NCBI GenBank assembly: GCA_016187335.1
Contig: JACPJW010000001.1
Coordinates: 224,001 to 288,000, forward strand
Length of the DNA stretch: 64,000 bases
Direction of reading: 5' to 3'
Origin: Candidatus Aenigmatarchaeota archaeon
GTDB taxonomy: Archaea > Aenigmatarchaeota > Aenigmatarchaeia > GW2011-AR5
Shown: positions 49,284 to 60,090 of the stretch, in pieces
Numbering within the stretch: position 1 is the stretch's first letter
Layout: every line of letters starts with the position of its first letter
Notes under the pieces: generated by a model
Seen by the model: the letters and a program-made list of their open reading frames with translations, nothing else
What the model was told of the DNA's origin: nothing
Databases searched by the model: none
Made by a program: the position numbers and the translations under genes

Positions 49284-50427
49284 CAACCCTGCGCTGGAGT
49301 TCCGTCATGTTTTGGTAACCGCCTCTTTTCATTCTTAATAAGACGCCGTACATCAGCAGCTTTGCAAGCCCAAGTCCGTAAAATGTGTAAGGAGTGTAGC
49401 CTTCAACCATGTTCACTTTTTTGTCATCGTCCCTGAACAACGTGTAAGCAAGGTAAGGGTCAAATATACCGCCTGTAGCGCTTATCACCGATTCAGGAAA
49501 TTCTCTTCTTAGGTCGGTAACAGCTTTTATCATATAACCTGTTAAGTCTCTCCCGCTCCTGCCTGCAGAACCATAAGGCCAGTTCTTCGGGACTTTCAGT
49601 GTGTTGACGACCGTGAAGCCGTCACCGCCTCCTTTCATCCATGCTTCTGCAAGCCTGAAAGATTCCTTTCTTTCTTCTTCTGTCCTGTAAGGTCCCATCT
49701 TGACTAGCTTGAGTATATCCTCTCCAGCCATCTCGTGGATAAATCTTGCAGTTGCTTCGAAATGTTCGGGGGTTCTAAGCATCTGCAAAGATGCGGTGTT
49801 AGGAGAAAAAGGATTCCATTCAAAACCGTCAACATAGGGCAGAAGATTTGCAATAAGTATTTCCATTTCTTTGTACGCTTGGTTCATTTTGTCAGGCGAC
49901 GGCGGGATTCCGCAAATGCTGGCATATACTGGCTTCCTCACGCCTCTTGGAAGTTCATTCTGCCTGTACAGAATGAGTTTCGCCAAAAAATACTCAAGCC
50001 CTTCGCTGGGAAATCCCTGCGCATTATCAATATTTTCAAGTACATGATCAACATCTATGCGCGGCGCCTTATTGCCTTCCCTATAAGGCACAACAACCGT
50101 TCCGGGTTTCAGAAAGCCGAAGACTCTTGAAAACGGCTCAAGAAGATCCCCATTCTTGTCAAAGCCCGCAGCAGGCCCAAACGGAACAAATACACGGCCC
50201 TTCACTTCAGTTTTCATGTCATCTATATCAAATTCTTTAAACCGCCTTTCCAGGATGTCCAGATTCGCGTTAAGAAACCTTGTTGCATCGTTGTGCACGA
50301 TTTCCGCTATATTTCTGCTGGCTTCTCCATCCACGCTGAGATAAGCCTTGAGGTAAGCATCGAAGTAAGCAGCCGTCCTGAGAAAAAGCCTGAAAATTAG
50401 AGGCTCGTCAATGCCTGCCTCGAACAA
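49252..50427 (-). CDS. pyrD: Divergent class 2-like dihydroorotate dehydrogenase
   Basis: PFGPAAGFDKNG, NAQGFPSEG, NPFSPNT, GGIF. Confidence 0.75.
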   Translation of the reverse strand: MFEAGIDEPLIFRLFLRTAAYFDAYLKAYLSVDGEASRNIAEIVHNDATRFLNANLDILERRFKEFDIDDMKTEVKGRVFVPFGPAAGFDKNGDLLEPFSRVFGFLKPGTVVVPYREGNKAPRIDVDHVLENIDNAQGFPSEGLEYFLAKLILYRQNELPRGVRKPVYASICGIPPSPDKMNQAYKEMEILIANLLPYVDGFEWNPFSPNTASLQMLRTPEHFEATARFIHEMAGEDILKLVKMGPYRTEEERKESFRLAEAWMKGGGDGFTVVNTLKVPKNWPYGSAGRSGRDLTGYMIKAVTDLRREFPESVISATGGIFDPYLAYTLFRDDDKKVNMVEGYTPYTFYGLGLAKLLMYGVLLRMKRGGYQNMTELQRRVATSQTSSGRS

Positions 50428-50496
50428 TTGTCTGACAATCGGATTTCTGTAATCCAGATGAACCCTCTCTTAATTACGCGCTCAAGAATAAAAGCC

Positions 50497-51030
50497 TTAC
50501 TTGTGGTATTTTCCCCACACCTCGACGAAGCGCTCGAAATTTATCAGCACTGTTCTGCCGTCGCCGCCCAGTTCCGGGTTGAAAGCCACGCCGAAGAACG
50601 GCTGCTGGAGGTCCATGATGACCTCGAAAGGATACTTCGCTGAAGACGCCATGACGGCAAAGTTTTCCGGCGCCTCGTTTATTGCGTATCTGGAATCTTT
50701 CATCACCACGAACATTCTTTTCATGTCAAGCAGCAGCGGACACGGCTTCTTCAGGGAAACCCTTTCCTGCCTTGCCGGCTTTGTTTCTGTGACTGATGCG
50801 CCGAAGGCGGCTGCAAGGTAAGCCGCGCCAAGGCCGATGCCGAGCAACGGCCTGCCGGAGTCGACGAGCTTTTGCGTATTTTTCTGCGCGTCCCTGTTCA
50901 TGGTCCCGTCGCTGAGGATGTAGGCGGATGCATTGTCCGGCAGCTTTTTCGGGTCGGCAATGGCGTTTTTCATCCTTATTGACCTTGAAATCTCTTCCGC
51001 GCCCTTGCCGTTGTTCACGATTACTATCAT
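50497..51030 (-). CDS. Class I glutamine amidotransferase-like protein lacking catalytic Cys and His
   Basis: PLLGIGLGAA (normally GICLGHQ); GVAFNPE (normally QFHPE). Confidence 0.78.
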   Translation of the reverse strand: MIVIVNNGKGAEEISRSIRMKNAIADPKKLPDNASAYILSDGTMNRDAQKNTQKLVDSGRPLLGIGLGAAYLAAAFGASVTETKPARQERVSLKKPCPLLLDMKRMFVVMKDSRYAINEAPENFAVMASSAKYPFEVIMDLQQPFFGVAFNPELGGDGRTVLINFERFVEVWGKYHK

Positions 51031-51185
51031 AATATCTAATATGAAATTAAGGAAAAAGTTTATTAAGTTGTCGCAGGGAATTTTCCGGAAAGTTTTCGTG
51101 AAAGTTTTAAAAGACTATCATGGCGAAAGGAAAAGCCGGATAAATTCCCGTAAAAACGGATTCTTGGCAAAATTCCGTTTTTGCT

Positions 51186-52067
51186 TTACTTCGTCGTTAT
51201 CAAAGGCTCGTCCCTGACGATGACAGTGTGCTCGTATTGCGCGACCTTGCCGCCGCTTTTTTCTTTGAGCACGGGGTATTCATAGACAGCCCCCCGCTGG
51301 CTGAGCTCGCGCAGGGCCATTCTTGTGTTAAAGAGCGGTAATGGTATCCACCGCTCCGCAAAAGGCAGCCCGCTGAACACCGACGCGAAATTCATTATCT
51401 TCCTTGCGTCAACGCTTCTCACGGGCTTTCTCTCGTGAATCATGAAAATGAAAACCGTCTCCGTGTCTTTTACAGCCCCTTCGCCGTCGGTTGCAAACGG
51501 CTCTATCGCCAGAACCTGGTCTTCCTTCAGAACATAAGAAGAATTGTTTTTTACGTTGGGTATTTCCGGCTCAGCATGTTCGGTGTAACGGTCCAGGCCG
51601 TGGCCTGTCAGGTTCCTTACAGGGTTGCAGTTGTGTTTCTTTATAGTATCCTCAATCCTTGCCGATATATCAGCAACCATTGCTCCGGGCTTGCACATCT
51701 TTACGGCTTCGTCCAGCGCTTCCTTCACCGCCTCAACGATATGCTGCTTTTCTTCGTTGAATGATACGGTGTAAGCAGTATCAGCTATGTATCCGTCAAC
51801 ATGGACGCCGATGTCAATTTTTACCATGTCCTTGTCGGCAATTTTCGTTTCGTCGTTCTTCGGCGGCGTGTAGTGCGCGGATATTTCATTCAGGGAAAGG
51901 TTCACGGGGAACGCGGGCTCGGCTCCCTTGCTGCGGATTGCTCCTTCAATCTGCTCGGCTAATTCCAGCAAAGGCTTGCCGACTTTGAGCCATGACCTGC
52001 TTTCTTCCCTGACCTCAGCAGCGATTTTGCCCGCTAAAAGATACTTCTCTTCGGCTTCCTTGTCCAT
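51186..52067 (-). CDS. map: Methionine aminopeptidase type II
   Basis: AFPVN, SAHYTP, DIGVHVDGYIADTA, GH, EPF, EHT. Confidence 0.96.
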   Translation of the reverse strand: MDKEAEEKYLLAGKIAAEVREESRSWLKVGKPLLELAEQIEGAIRSKGAEPAFPVNLSLNEISAHYTPPKNDETKIADKDMVKIDIGVHVDGYIADTAYTVSFNEEKQHIVEAVKEALDEAVKMCKPGAMVADISARIEDTIKKHNCNPVRNLTGHGLDRYTEHAEPEIPNVKNNSSYVLKEDQVLAIEPFATDGEGAVKDTETVFIFMIHERKPVRSVDARKIMNFASVFSGLPFAERWIPLPLFNTRMALRELSQRGAVYEYPVLKEKSGGKVAQYEHTVIVRDEPLITTK

Positions 52068-52119
52068 GCGATTACTTTCAAAAACAAGTTTTAAGAAAGT
52101 TATCAGGCAAGTTTGAGCG

Positions 52120-52554
52120 ATGAACATTCTGTCCAGGCTTCGCTCAAAAGGCAGGCTGATTCACGTGATTGCCTATGCAGCCCTGGGATTTGTTATTTTG
52201 ACTCCGTTCTTGTTGTCAGCCCTTCAGCTTTTCAGCTTTTATCAGGATGGGCGTTTTCCCCCTGCAGAGTGGTTCATACACTTGATACCGGGACTTATCA
52301 CCGGCATTTCTTTGTTCCTGCTGGCTGCCGCAAAGGGAAAGCTGGTTCCTGATGAACATTTGGTGGCAGGAGTCGCGTTTGCAGGCTTGGGAAGCCTTTT
52401 CATCGGCGAATCTGTTTTATCTGTTTTCAGCATTTTCAGGCTTTCGTTTGAAATGGATTATACCTTTCTGCTGATGCTGCTGGTTGAGCTAATCGCCGGT
52501 TTGTCTTTTCTGGCTCTGGCCGTGATTAATCTCTTTGAGAAAAAAGGAAAATAG
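52120..52554 (+). CDS. Hypothetical 4-TM membrane protein
   Basis: Four hydrophobic segments. Confidence 0.6.
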   Translation: MNILSRLRSKGRLIHVIAYAALGFVILTPFLLSALQLFSFYQDGRFPPAEWFIHLIPGLITGISLFLLAAAKGKLVPDEHLVAGVAFAGLGSLFIGESVLSVFSIFRLSFEMDYTFLLMLLVELIAGLSFLALAVINLFEKKGK

Positions 52555-52564
52555 AATTCATCTG

Positions 52565-53050
52565 CTATCCGATGTAGTCGTCCTCAGATATTTCTATGAG
52601 TTCCAGCCCTTCGTAAGCAGGATGCCCGCCGGGATGCATGACCAGCGGCAGGAACTTGTTCATATCCTTCGCAAGCTCCGAAGAGACGTGGTGCTTTCCG
52701 AGAACCTGAGTGCATATCCGGTATGTGAGAATTCGCGTGGTTCTTTCATCCAGATAGCCCAAAGAGTGCAGGTATTCGTGGAGCAATATAGTGAAAAGGT
52801 ACGGTTTCAGATAATCCGGGTCGGTCTGCGTTATCCTTCTGATTGCTGACTTGTTCAGCACAATGATGTTGGAGCCCACGGGGTAGAAGGCGTTTGTAAT
52901 CCCGTTGCTGCTGTTGCCCAGTTCCATGAACCCTAGGTTTATTCCAGCCCGCGATTCGCCCGTAGTTTTCCTGACTGTTTCCTTCACCAGGTCAAAAACG
53001 TCCTCAAGGTTCTCTGCTTTCTCCAGGTCCTCGGATATTTTCGGAATCAT
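52565..53050 (-). CDS. Putative zinc metallopeptidase (HExxH)
   Basis: LLHEYLHSLG. Confidence 0.65.
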   Translation of the reverse strand: MIPKISEDLEKAENLEDVFDLVKETVRKTTGESRAGINLGFMELGNSSNGITNAFYPVGSNIIVLNKSAIRRITQTDPDYLKPYLFTILLHEYLHSLGYLDERTTRILTYRICTQVLGKHHVSSELAKDMNKFLPLVMHPGGHPAYEGLELIEISEDDYIG

Positions 53051-53152
53051 GATACCACAACGGATTTGTTTTCAAAGTAACTTTCAAAGCCGTAAGCATT
53101 AGTTCTGTTTATTCAGCCTGAATTTCTGCTCTGCTATCTTCCGCTTTGATTC

Positions 53153-56100
53153 TTATCCCGTGTACGACACTTCTTCATCTATCTTCTGCGCTTTGCGCTT
53201 TTTCAGCACCGAAGCGTAGAACTCGTTCATGTCGTCGCTGACCGAGGGCTTGACTTCCCTGAACGCCGAGTCGAAGTCGCGCTTAGTTATCTCGTCCGCC
53301 CTGTCGACGTCCTTGCGCATCGCGTTCATCGCCGCTTCCCTGCACAGCGCCTCTATGTCCGCTCCGCTGAATCCTTCCGTTTCCTTTGCCAGCTTTTTCA
53401 AATCAACGTCTTTTAGCGGCATGTCTTTCGTATGGACCTTCAGTATTTCATGCCGCGCCTTTTCGTCCGGGGTTGTGGTAAGAATCTGCCTGTCAAGTCT
53501 TCCCGGCCTCAGGAGGGCGGGGTCTATTATGTCGGGCCTGTTGGTTGCGGCAACCACGACAACATCGTGCAGGTCCTCTAATCCCGATATTTCTGCAAGC
53601 AGCTGGGAAACAACCCTTTCTGTGACGTTGCTGTCGCTTGAGTACCCCCTTCTGGGCACCAGCGCGTCGATTTCATCAAAAAATATTATTGACGGAGCTA
53701 CCTGCTTCGCCCGGCGGAACACGTCCCTGATATGCTTTTCGGATTCCCCCACCCACATTGACAGCAGCTCGGGCCCTTTGACGCTGATGAAGTTTGCCCC
53801 GCTCTCGTTGGCCACGGCCTTAGCCAGCAAGGTCTTGCCGCAGCCCGGTGGTCCGTAAAGCAGGATGCCCCTTGGCGGGCTGATGCCAAGCCTTTTGAAA
53901 GATTCCGGGTGCTCCAGTGGCCATTCCACGACCTCCCTCAGCTGCTGTTTCACTTCCTCAAGGCCGCCGATGTCGTCCCATTTCACCTTTGGTATTTCTA
54001 TCAGCACTTCCCGCATCGCTGAAGGCGCGACCATTTTCAGGGCGTGGTCGAAGTCCTCCTTTATTACAATAAGCTTTTTTAAAATGTCTGGCGGCAGCGG
54101 CTTGTCTTCCCTTAATTCCGACAAGTCAGGCAGCACCCGGCGCAGCGCGTGCATCGCGGCTTCCTTGCAGAGCGCGGCAAGGTCCGCTCCCACGTAGCCG
54201 TAAGTTATCTCCGATATTTTGTCAAGGTCGATTTCTTTCGCCAGGGGCATCCCCCTTGTGTGTATCTGCAATATCTCTTTTCTTCCTTCCTTTGTCGGGA
54301 CGCCTATTTCTATTTCCCTGTCAAAGCGGCCGGGCCTGCGAAGGGCGGGGTCAATGGAGTTTGGTATGTTGGTAGCGCCTATGACTATGACTTTTCCACG
54401 GGATTTCAGGCCATCCATCAAAGTGAGCAACTGCGAGACCACGCGTTTCTCCACCTCGCCCTTGACCTCCTCGCGCTTCGGCGCTATTGCGTCTATTTCG
54501 TCTATGAAAATTATCGCCGGCGAACTCTTCTCCGCCTGATCGAAGACCTTGCGAAGGTTTTCTTCACTGTTGTGCGCAAATATTCCGCCGAAGCCCGCGA
54601 CAAAGTTTTCATTAGGGTTGACGGAAACGTCGTATACGTTGCCGTCGTAATCGATTTCTTTCTTTTCCACAACTTTGTCCCAGACCAGTTCCGAGTCAAC
54701 AACGCGCCAGGCGTCCTCGTGCTTTTCCTTTTCCGGGTCGGTTTTCATCAGTTCTTTTTTCAAAATGTCCTTTCCTATTGTTTTGGAATTAGACCATGCA
54801 TTAAGCCGCTGGCTTGACTTAATCATTTCCCTCAATTCAGGCCAGATAGGTATTTTCTGCGTCTTGTCGAACTTTTTGGAATTAAGGTAGTTTGAAATTC
54901 TAGCGTTTCTTTTTTCGTCCAGAAATCCTATTTCCAAGAATTTTTTGAACCCTTCAGGACTTTGTATAAGAACCCGGTAGCAGAGCTTGCCGTTCTTTTC
55001 CGTCTTTACGCTGCACTTGGAGACTATCCCGAAATACAGCAGCGTGTACATCAGCGAGTTCGCAAGCTTCCTGCTGTGCGTGCTTCCTTCTATGGTATGC
55101 GCCATTTTCGGCGGATAAACGCTTCCGTCGCCCGTGAAATATCCGCGCAGCATTGGTTTGAGCAGGTTAAGCGGCATGGACATCAGCTTGGGCGTGATTT
55201 CCTTGTTGTCCGCGCCTGTTTTGATGCCAAGGATTTTTTCAAAAACAATTTTCAGCGGCTTGGAATTAAGCAGCATGTCGTCTTCGTATTCTGTCATGTG
55301 TATGCCGTATTTCTCGCAGAATCTTCTGACGACTTCCTTTGATTGCGGCAGTGAATTGGTTATCCTTATGGCATCTTTTGTGGTATACGAACCCTCCGCC
55401 AAGAACAATCCGACGAGGGTTGCGAAGTCCTCGTCCATGGTCATTTTTGCTGGCAGTTTTCCTGCGTTCTGTTTCGCTACGATGTCAACTTTCTCGTAAT
55501 CAGCCGGGATGCCGCTTTCTTCGGCAAGTTTCAGAAATTCCTTTATACTCACAGCCACGTTTTTGCCGTAGATGTCGTAAACGTATTTTTCCTTTACATC
55601 GAGAATTTGAGCAGCCCTTTCAATGCCGGTTTTCTTTACAAATTCCTTTATCTGCGGGCTTCTGACGGACAATTCTTCGCTGCCGGAAAGTTCCTTTAGT
55701 ATGTCTATTTCCTTGTAAGTTTCCGCCGCGGGCAGCCTTGAAGGCACGGCAAGGTAAGTATCGCCGGCTGTTATGTCGCTTGTTTTTACATCAGAAATTT
55801 TTCCGTCCTTGAGCGCGAACAAGGAATGGTAATCCGTGACTTTTATTTCCCTGCCGGTCGACGTCCTTATCTTGTATATCTTCTTGCCCTTCTGGAACGG
55901 ATGCTCGATGAAGCTTTTTATCTGCCCTTTCTGCACCCTGCCTTCTTCGTCAAACTCCGCAACAGAATCAGCTGATTTCGACTTAACAACTTCCCCTATT
56001 TCCTGCACGGACGCAAGGCCATTTTCCACGGTGAATATGCTTTCGTCAGGCGTGAGCGACTCCCCGTAAAATTTTGAATTGTGCAGCACTACAACAGCCG

Positions 56101-57391
56101 GATTACCTCCGATGAAATTAGAATAAGGATTTATTGCAAAATCAAAAACTTCTCCTTCGCCCAATTCTTCTATGGAGTTGACAGAAGCAAATTCCAATCC
56201 ATTTTCGCCTATCACGGCTGCCTGCTCTTTCTCTCTTAACTCCGTAATACGAACCCATTCGTTTCCGTCGTTTCTTTTGATTAAGAACGGCTGGTTGTAC
56301 GATGCCCTTACTTCTGCGCCGTTTGATAGTTTCACCCTGTATATTTTTGATTTGAGCTTGAAGGCATGGTGTATCCTGTCTTCAACTATTTTGTTTTCTT
56401 CGTTAAGGGCATAAACAAAGAAATCTTTGTCTGGTATAACGACTTCCAGATTTTCATGCCTTTCAGTAACTTTGCCGCTTTTCTTAACATCTTCATAAAG
56501 AGATTTTGCAGTCTTTACGCCTTCTGTGGTTTTTACTTCAGTTTCCCCGTCAACACACATTACCTCCGGACCGTTGATGACAAAAAACTTCGCGCCGCTC
56601 TCGTTGGCGACGGCCTTGGCAAGAAGGGTTTTTCCCGTGCCCGGCACCCCGTGAAGCAGTATGCCCTTGGGCGGCTCGATGCCCAGCCGCTCAAAAAGCT
56701 CAGGGTGCTTCAGCGGCAGCTCTATCATCTCCCTTACCTTAATGACCTCCTCGTGAAGCCCGCCCAAATCCTCGTAGGTCACCTCGGGTATTTTTTCCTC
56801 CTCAAGCGGCTTCGTCGCCTGCGGCAGCAGCTCAACGTCGGTCGCCCTTGTGATTCTTATGATTCCCTTGGGGTCAGCCGCCACGACAACGAATTTCTCC
56901 TCGCCAAAAGGCGTGAAGAAGAACTCGCCGAAATCCACGCCGAAGAACTGCTCAAACAGCGTTGTCTGGTTCCTCCTGTCCTGCACGACGGGGTTGGGTA
57001 TGATTATGTCTCCTAACAGAACAGGCCTCATGAGCAGGTTCTGCTTTATCAGGTTCGAGCCCATGTGTATGATGATGCCCTTGCGGGCAGGCGCTATTGT
57101 CACCGATTTTGCTTCCTTCGCATCCGCCTTCCTTATTGCAACGGGCTCGCCTATGCCCGCGTTGCAGTTCCTCCTGACCAGGCCGTCCATCCTGATGATG
57201 TCCAAGCCAACATCAGCAGGATAAGCCCTGATTACTATGGCCGCCGTCTTCCGCTTGCCCTCTATCTCGACAATGTCGCCTTCGGTGATGCCCAGCCTCT
57301 TCATGTCCTTGGCGGACAGCCTGACAATGCCCCTTCCAAAATCCGACCTTTCAGTAAGCTCGCCGACGCGCAGCTTTATCTCTTCTGTCAT
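53153..57391 (-). CDS. cdc48: CDC48/VCP-family AAA+ ATPase with two inteins
   Basis: N-domain, two Walker A motifs ([16 protein letters not shown]), [16 protein letters not shown]. Confidence 0.97.
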   Translation of the reverse strand: MTEEIKLRVGELTERSDFGRGIVRLSAKDMKRLGITEGDIVEIEGKRKTAAIVIRAYPADVGLDIIRMDGLVRRNCNAGIGEPVAIRKADAKEAKSVTIAPARKGIIIHMGSNLIKQNLLMRPVLLGDIIIPNPVVQDRRNQTTLFEQFFGVDFGEFFFTPFGEEKFVVVAADPKGIIRITRATDVELLPQATKPLEEEKIPEVTYEDLGGLHEEVIKVREMIELPLKHPELFERLGIEPPKGILLHGVPGTGKTLLAKAVANESGAKFFVINGPEVMCVDGETEVKTTEGVKTAKSLYEDVKKSGKVTERHENLEVVIPDKDFFVYALNEENKIVEDRIHHAFKLKSKIYRVKLSNGAEVRASYNQPFLIKRNDGNEWVRITELREKEQAAVIGENGLEFASVNSIEELGEGEVFDFAINPYSNFIGGNPAVVVLHNSKFYGESLTPDESIFTVENGLASVQEIGEVVKSKSADSVAEFDEEGRVQKGQIKSFIEHPFQKGKKIYKIRTSTGREIKVTDYHSLFALKDGKISDVKTSDITAGDTYLAVPSRLPAAETYKEIDILKELSGSEELSVRSPQIKEFVKKTGIERAAQILDVKEKYVYDIYGKNVAVSIKEFLKLAEESGIPADYEKVDIVAKQNAGKLPAKMTMDEDFATLVGLFLAEGSYTTKDAIRITNSLPQSKEVVRRFCEKYGIHMTEYEDDMLLNSKPLKIVFEKILGIKTGADNKEITPKLMSMPLNLLKPMLRGYFTGDGSVYPPKMAHTIEGSTHSRKLANSLMYTLLYFGIVSKCSVKTEKNGKLCYRVLIQSPEGFKKFLEIGFLDEKRNARISNYLNSKKFDKTQKIPIWPELREMIKSSQRLNAWSNSKTIGKDILKKELMKTDPEKEKHEDAWRVVDSELVWDKVVEKKEIDYDGNVYDVSVNPNENFVAGFGGIFAHNSEENLRKVFDQAEKSSPAIIFIDEIDAIAPKREEVKGEVEKRVVSQLLTLMDGLKSRGKVIVIGATNIPNSIDPALRRPGRFDREIEIGVPTKEGRKEILQIHTRGMPLAKEIDLDKISEITYGYVGADLAALCKEAAMHALRRVLPDLSELREDKPLPPDILKKLIVIKEDFDHALKMVAPSAMREVLIEIPKVKWDDIGGLEEVKQQLREVVEWPLEHPESFKRLGISPPRGILLYGPPGCGKTLLAKAVANESGANFISVKGPELLSMWVGESEKHIRDVFRRAKQVAPSIIFFDEIDALVPRRGYSSDSNVTERVVSQLLAEISGLEDLHDVVVVAATNRPDIIDPALLRPGRLDRQILTTTPDEKARHEILKVHTKDMPLKDVDLKKLAKETEGFSGADIEALCREAAMNAMRKDVDRADEITKRDFDSAFREVKPSVSDDMNEFYASVLKKRKAQKIDEEVSYTG
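54569..56059 (-). mobile_element. Full intein (497 aa) with LAGLIDADG endonuclease in CDC48 D1
   Basis: SKFYGE|SLTPDE...IFAHN|SEENLRK; [10 protein letters not shown] and [10 protein letters not shown]. Confidence 0.9.
56078..56557 (-). mobile_element. Mini-intein (160 aa, no endonuclease) in CDC48 D1
   Basis: PEVM|CVDGET...VVLHN|SKFYGE. Confidence 0.88.
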
Positions 57392-57531
57392 GTTTCCACC
57401 TGAATCATAATGGAAAGAATATTTCCGGTTCTGTCTTGATTCTGCTTAAAGCCAAAATTGTGTTCCATTCCGGCCTTGGCATCCGTATTCCTTTCACTAT
57501 CACCTTTCTTTTTGATTATTAAAAAAGCTTT

Positions 57532-57876
57532 TCACCCCAAACCAGACCGGCGCATGAAATGCGTCATCAGCTTGTCAAAATCCTTCATCATTACCTCTAT
57601 TGTATCGTACTCAACCTTCTCGTCCCACTCGTCGAAGAACTGCTCGACCTGCTTCATGTGCTCCATGGCGACAATAAACACGGAATCCGCCACCTTCATG
57701 TGCGGCACCTCGTCCAGCAAGCCGGCGCGGTGATACACGTATTTCTTGTTCTCTCCCGGCACCGTCTGCTTCCACCCGTGCAGCTCCTTGAAGAACTTCG
57801 CTCTTTCATAAACAGAGTCAAAGCGGTCGCTGTTTGTCCTGAAACGGATTATGATGCAGCGAGGCATTCTAAACAC
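57532..57876 (-). CDS. Small hypothetical protein (possible ferredoxin-like fold)
   Basis: 114-aa ORF with core-like codon style. Confidence 0.55.
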   Translation of the reverse strand: MFRMPRCIIIRFRTNSDRFDSVYERAKFFKELHGWKQTVPGENKKYVYHRAGLLDEVPHMKVADSVFIVAMEHMKQVEQFFDEWDEKVEYDTIEVMMKDFDKLMTHFMRRSGLG

Positions 57877-58011
57877 CCCGGAATCGGGTTAGTGTATTTG
57901 CGACGCTAAAGTATTTAAGTCTTTAGGGTAGCAGGCGACACTAATTCAAGAGCCTTTACGAGAAGGCGTTTCCTGATCTGGTTTTCTTTGTGGAGAAGAA
58001 ATGGAAATAAC

Positions 58012-58692
58012 TTATTCTAATGTAGGAGAATGGTAACCTCGATCAAAAACGATGCTAAACTTAGAATCAGAAAGTATTCCTATTCTTTGTAATTCTTCAT
58101 TTATTATCTGTTCAGCTCTTTCAGAACTTAGATTTTGCGAAGGAACAAATTTGATAAACCATTCCTCTCTTGGGTAAATAGGAGCCAAAATATGTACCCA
58201 TCCTTCATCTATATTGAAATGTACCATGAGACGATCACCATTGATAGCCATATGTTTTGGTGAACCTGCCCATGCACTCTCCTTTGTCCAGTAGTCATCG
58301 CTTACGTTAAAATTAACATTTATGTAATCATATACTGGGTATATGTAATCCCCGCCCTTGCATCCGCCGTCTGGCAGTGGATTTTTACAGTCTGGTGGTT
58401 TTATTTCAATTCGGATTGCATAACCTTGATTTTTCGCATTTTCAAGAACATTTGTTATATTGTACTGTACTTTATTAACAAATGTATCGTAGTGTAAGCC
58501 GACTTCCATGTTTATAAAATGCTTTTGTTTTTGATTTTCTTCTCCTGTGATGTTACCCCCTTCATATCTCAAAATGAAAATTAATAATGAAACCAAAATT
58601 ACTATGGTTGTAAATAATAATGGATTTTTCATTTCAGCACCAATGAAGTTTAGTAGAAATATTTTTAAACAAGTTGATTGGGTGTCTATCAC
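58012..58692 (-). CDS. Hypothetical membrane-anchored protein (AT-rich island)
   Basis: TM helix in MKNPLLFTTIVILVSLLIFIL; true start probably downstream of the listed one. Confidence 0.6.
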   Translation of the reverse strand: MIDTQSTCLKIFLLNFIGAEMKNPLLFTTIVILVSLLIFILRYEGGNITGEENQKQKHFINMEVGLHYDTFVNKVQYNITNVLENAKNQGYAIRIEIKPPDCKNPLPDGGCKGGDYIYPVYDYINVNFNVSDDYWTKESAWAGSPKHMAINGDRLMVHFNIDEGWVHILAPIYPREEWFIKFVPSQNLSSERAEQIINEELQRIGILSDSKFSIVFDRGYHSPTLE

Positions 58693-58739
58693 CCTCTACG
58701 CAACACCCCTCCTGCAACACCCGAGAATGCAATAGTAAC

Positions 58740-58883
58740 ACACAGGACTTGATAAATGCTTATCGGCTTTACTACAACTTCATTCGTGTACATCAAGGAT
58801 TAGGTATGACACCTGCGGAAAGGGCAGGATTGATGACGTTGGAAGGAAACAGATGGATTGAACTGTTAAAAATATTTCAATAA
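58740..58883 (+). pseudogene. C-terminal remnant of a DDE (IS6/IS1-like) transposase
   Basis: YRLYYNFIRVHQGLGMTPAERAG. Confidence 0.65.
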
Positions 58884-59101
58884 AATTCATCTTCAGGTTT
58901 TTTAGATTGTTTTATTATATGTCTTATAATAGTTGGTTGTATTTCTGGACGATGACTAACCATAGTAGTTAAGACTTCTGTATCAGTTTGTTTTCTGAAT
59001 TTCAAATGGCGTCCCTTTACTACTTTAACTTGCTGAAATCCATTACTTTGTAGTATTTGGATAATTTGTTTTCTTGGAAGTGGATGTAGTTTACCTTGCA
59101 T
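58877..59101 (-). CDS. hicA: HicA-family toxin
   Basis: IIQILQSNGF...KGRHLKF...II+QS. Confidence 0.75.
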   Translation of the reverse strand: MQGKLHPLPRKQIIQILQSNGFQQVKVVKGRHLKFRKQTDTEVLTTMVSHRPEIQPTIIRHIIKQSKKPEDEFY

Positions 59102-59113
59102 TAGAAATAACCT

Positions 59114-59509
59114 TCAGCATACTTTCACTATCTTATTGTTTTGAGCAAATTTATCGATAGGAAGATTTATTGGAATAGTTTTTACTTCTACTTGCAGTAT
59201 AGTTTCAACTTTTGGTTTCTTTGTATATGGGTCTGACATGTAATCGTCTATCATATCAATTATACTTTTAATGGCTTCTTCTTGTGTTTCTCCTTGTGCA
59301 CAAACATCAATTAATGGTGTAGTTGCAATCCATTCATTATTTTCTTTAAATATTGCTATAGGAAATTTTATTTGTATTGCAGATTTCAAACCCTGTTTTA
59401 TTAATTCTTGCATAGGTTGTGGTAATCTTTTGACATCTGGTAAATTACCAATTTCTTTTATAACATCTTTCAATTTAAAATCAGTCTTCTTCATATCCAT
59501 CCTAACCAC
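59114..59509 (-). CDS. hicB: HicB-family antitoxin
   Basis: WIATTPLIDVCAQGETQEEAI. Confidence 0.78.
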   Translation of the reverse strand: MVRMDMKKTDFKLKDVIKEIGNLPDVKRLPQPMQELIKQGLKSAIQIKFPIAIFKENNEWIATTPLIDVCAQGETQEEAIKSIIDMIDDYMSDPYTKKPKVETILQVEVKTIPINLPIDKFAQNNKIVKVC

Positions 59510-59581
59510 ACCCTTTTATAAGGTTAGGACTAAAAGCATATAAGTCAAGTTTCGGTATATAAAGATTTTTTATTGGGCATT

Positions 59582-59618
59582 ATCAGCTGCTTGGGACACC
59601 TATTACCTATCAGCCGTA
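59582..59618 (+). repeat. Direct repeat, copy 1 (core TTGGGACACCTA)
   Basis: atcagctgcttgggacacctattacctatcagccgta. Confidence 0.55.
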
Positions 59619-59789
59619 TATGGGACAATGCCAGAATTCGCGTTCTGTCGAAGATTCGGTTGGTGGATTAAATAAAATAGATGCTTTGTTAAACGGCATT
59701 GCTTCTGTCGTTTTTGGAAAATTGTTCCACATTCTCTTCTTTTAAGTCACTTTTGCCCTCTTATCTGCCTTTTGAGGAGGAGTGAGTAA

Positions 59790-60086
59790 GTGATAGCAAG
59801 CAACCAAAGACCCCTTAAAAAGCCCCAGAATATACAAAATATGATGGAACAAACAAAAATGTTGGTCTTCCCCAACAACTATATAGATAGAATCATAAAA
59901 CTCTCTGGAGCGACTGTAGAAAATAACCTCATAGTCTATCGGGGCAGACGAGTTAAGTGTGAAGGCTGTAAGAAGCCAATTGAAAGGAAACATCTCGGAA
60001 GCGTAATGTCTCATTCGGAGCACTTCTTCTGTGACAATCCAGCCTGTTTCTCATCGTTTGTTAGGAGATTCAAATTGAAGAAGTGA
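59790..60086 (+). CDS. Hypothetical protein with CxxC...C zinc-finger-like C-terminus
   Basis: CEGC...FCDNPAC. Confidence 0.5.
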   Translation: MIASNQRPLKKPQNIQNMMEQTKMLVFPNNYIDRIIKLSGATVENNLIVYRGRRVKCEGCKKPIERKHLGSVMSHSEHFFCDNPACFSSFVRRFKLKK

Positions 60087-60090
60087 TTTC

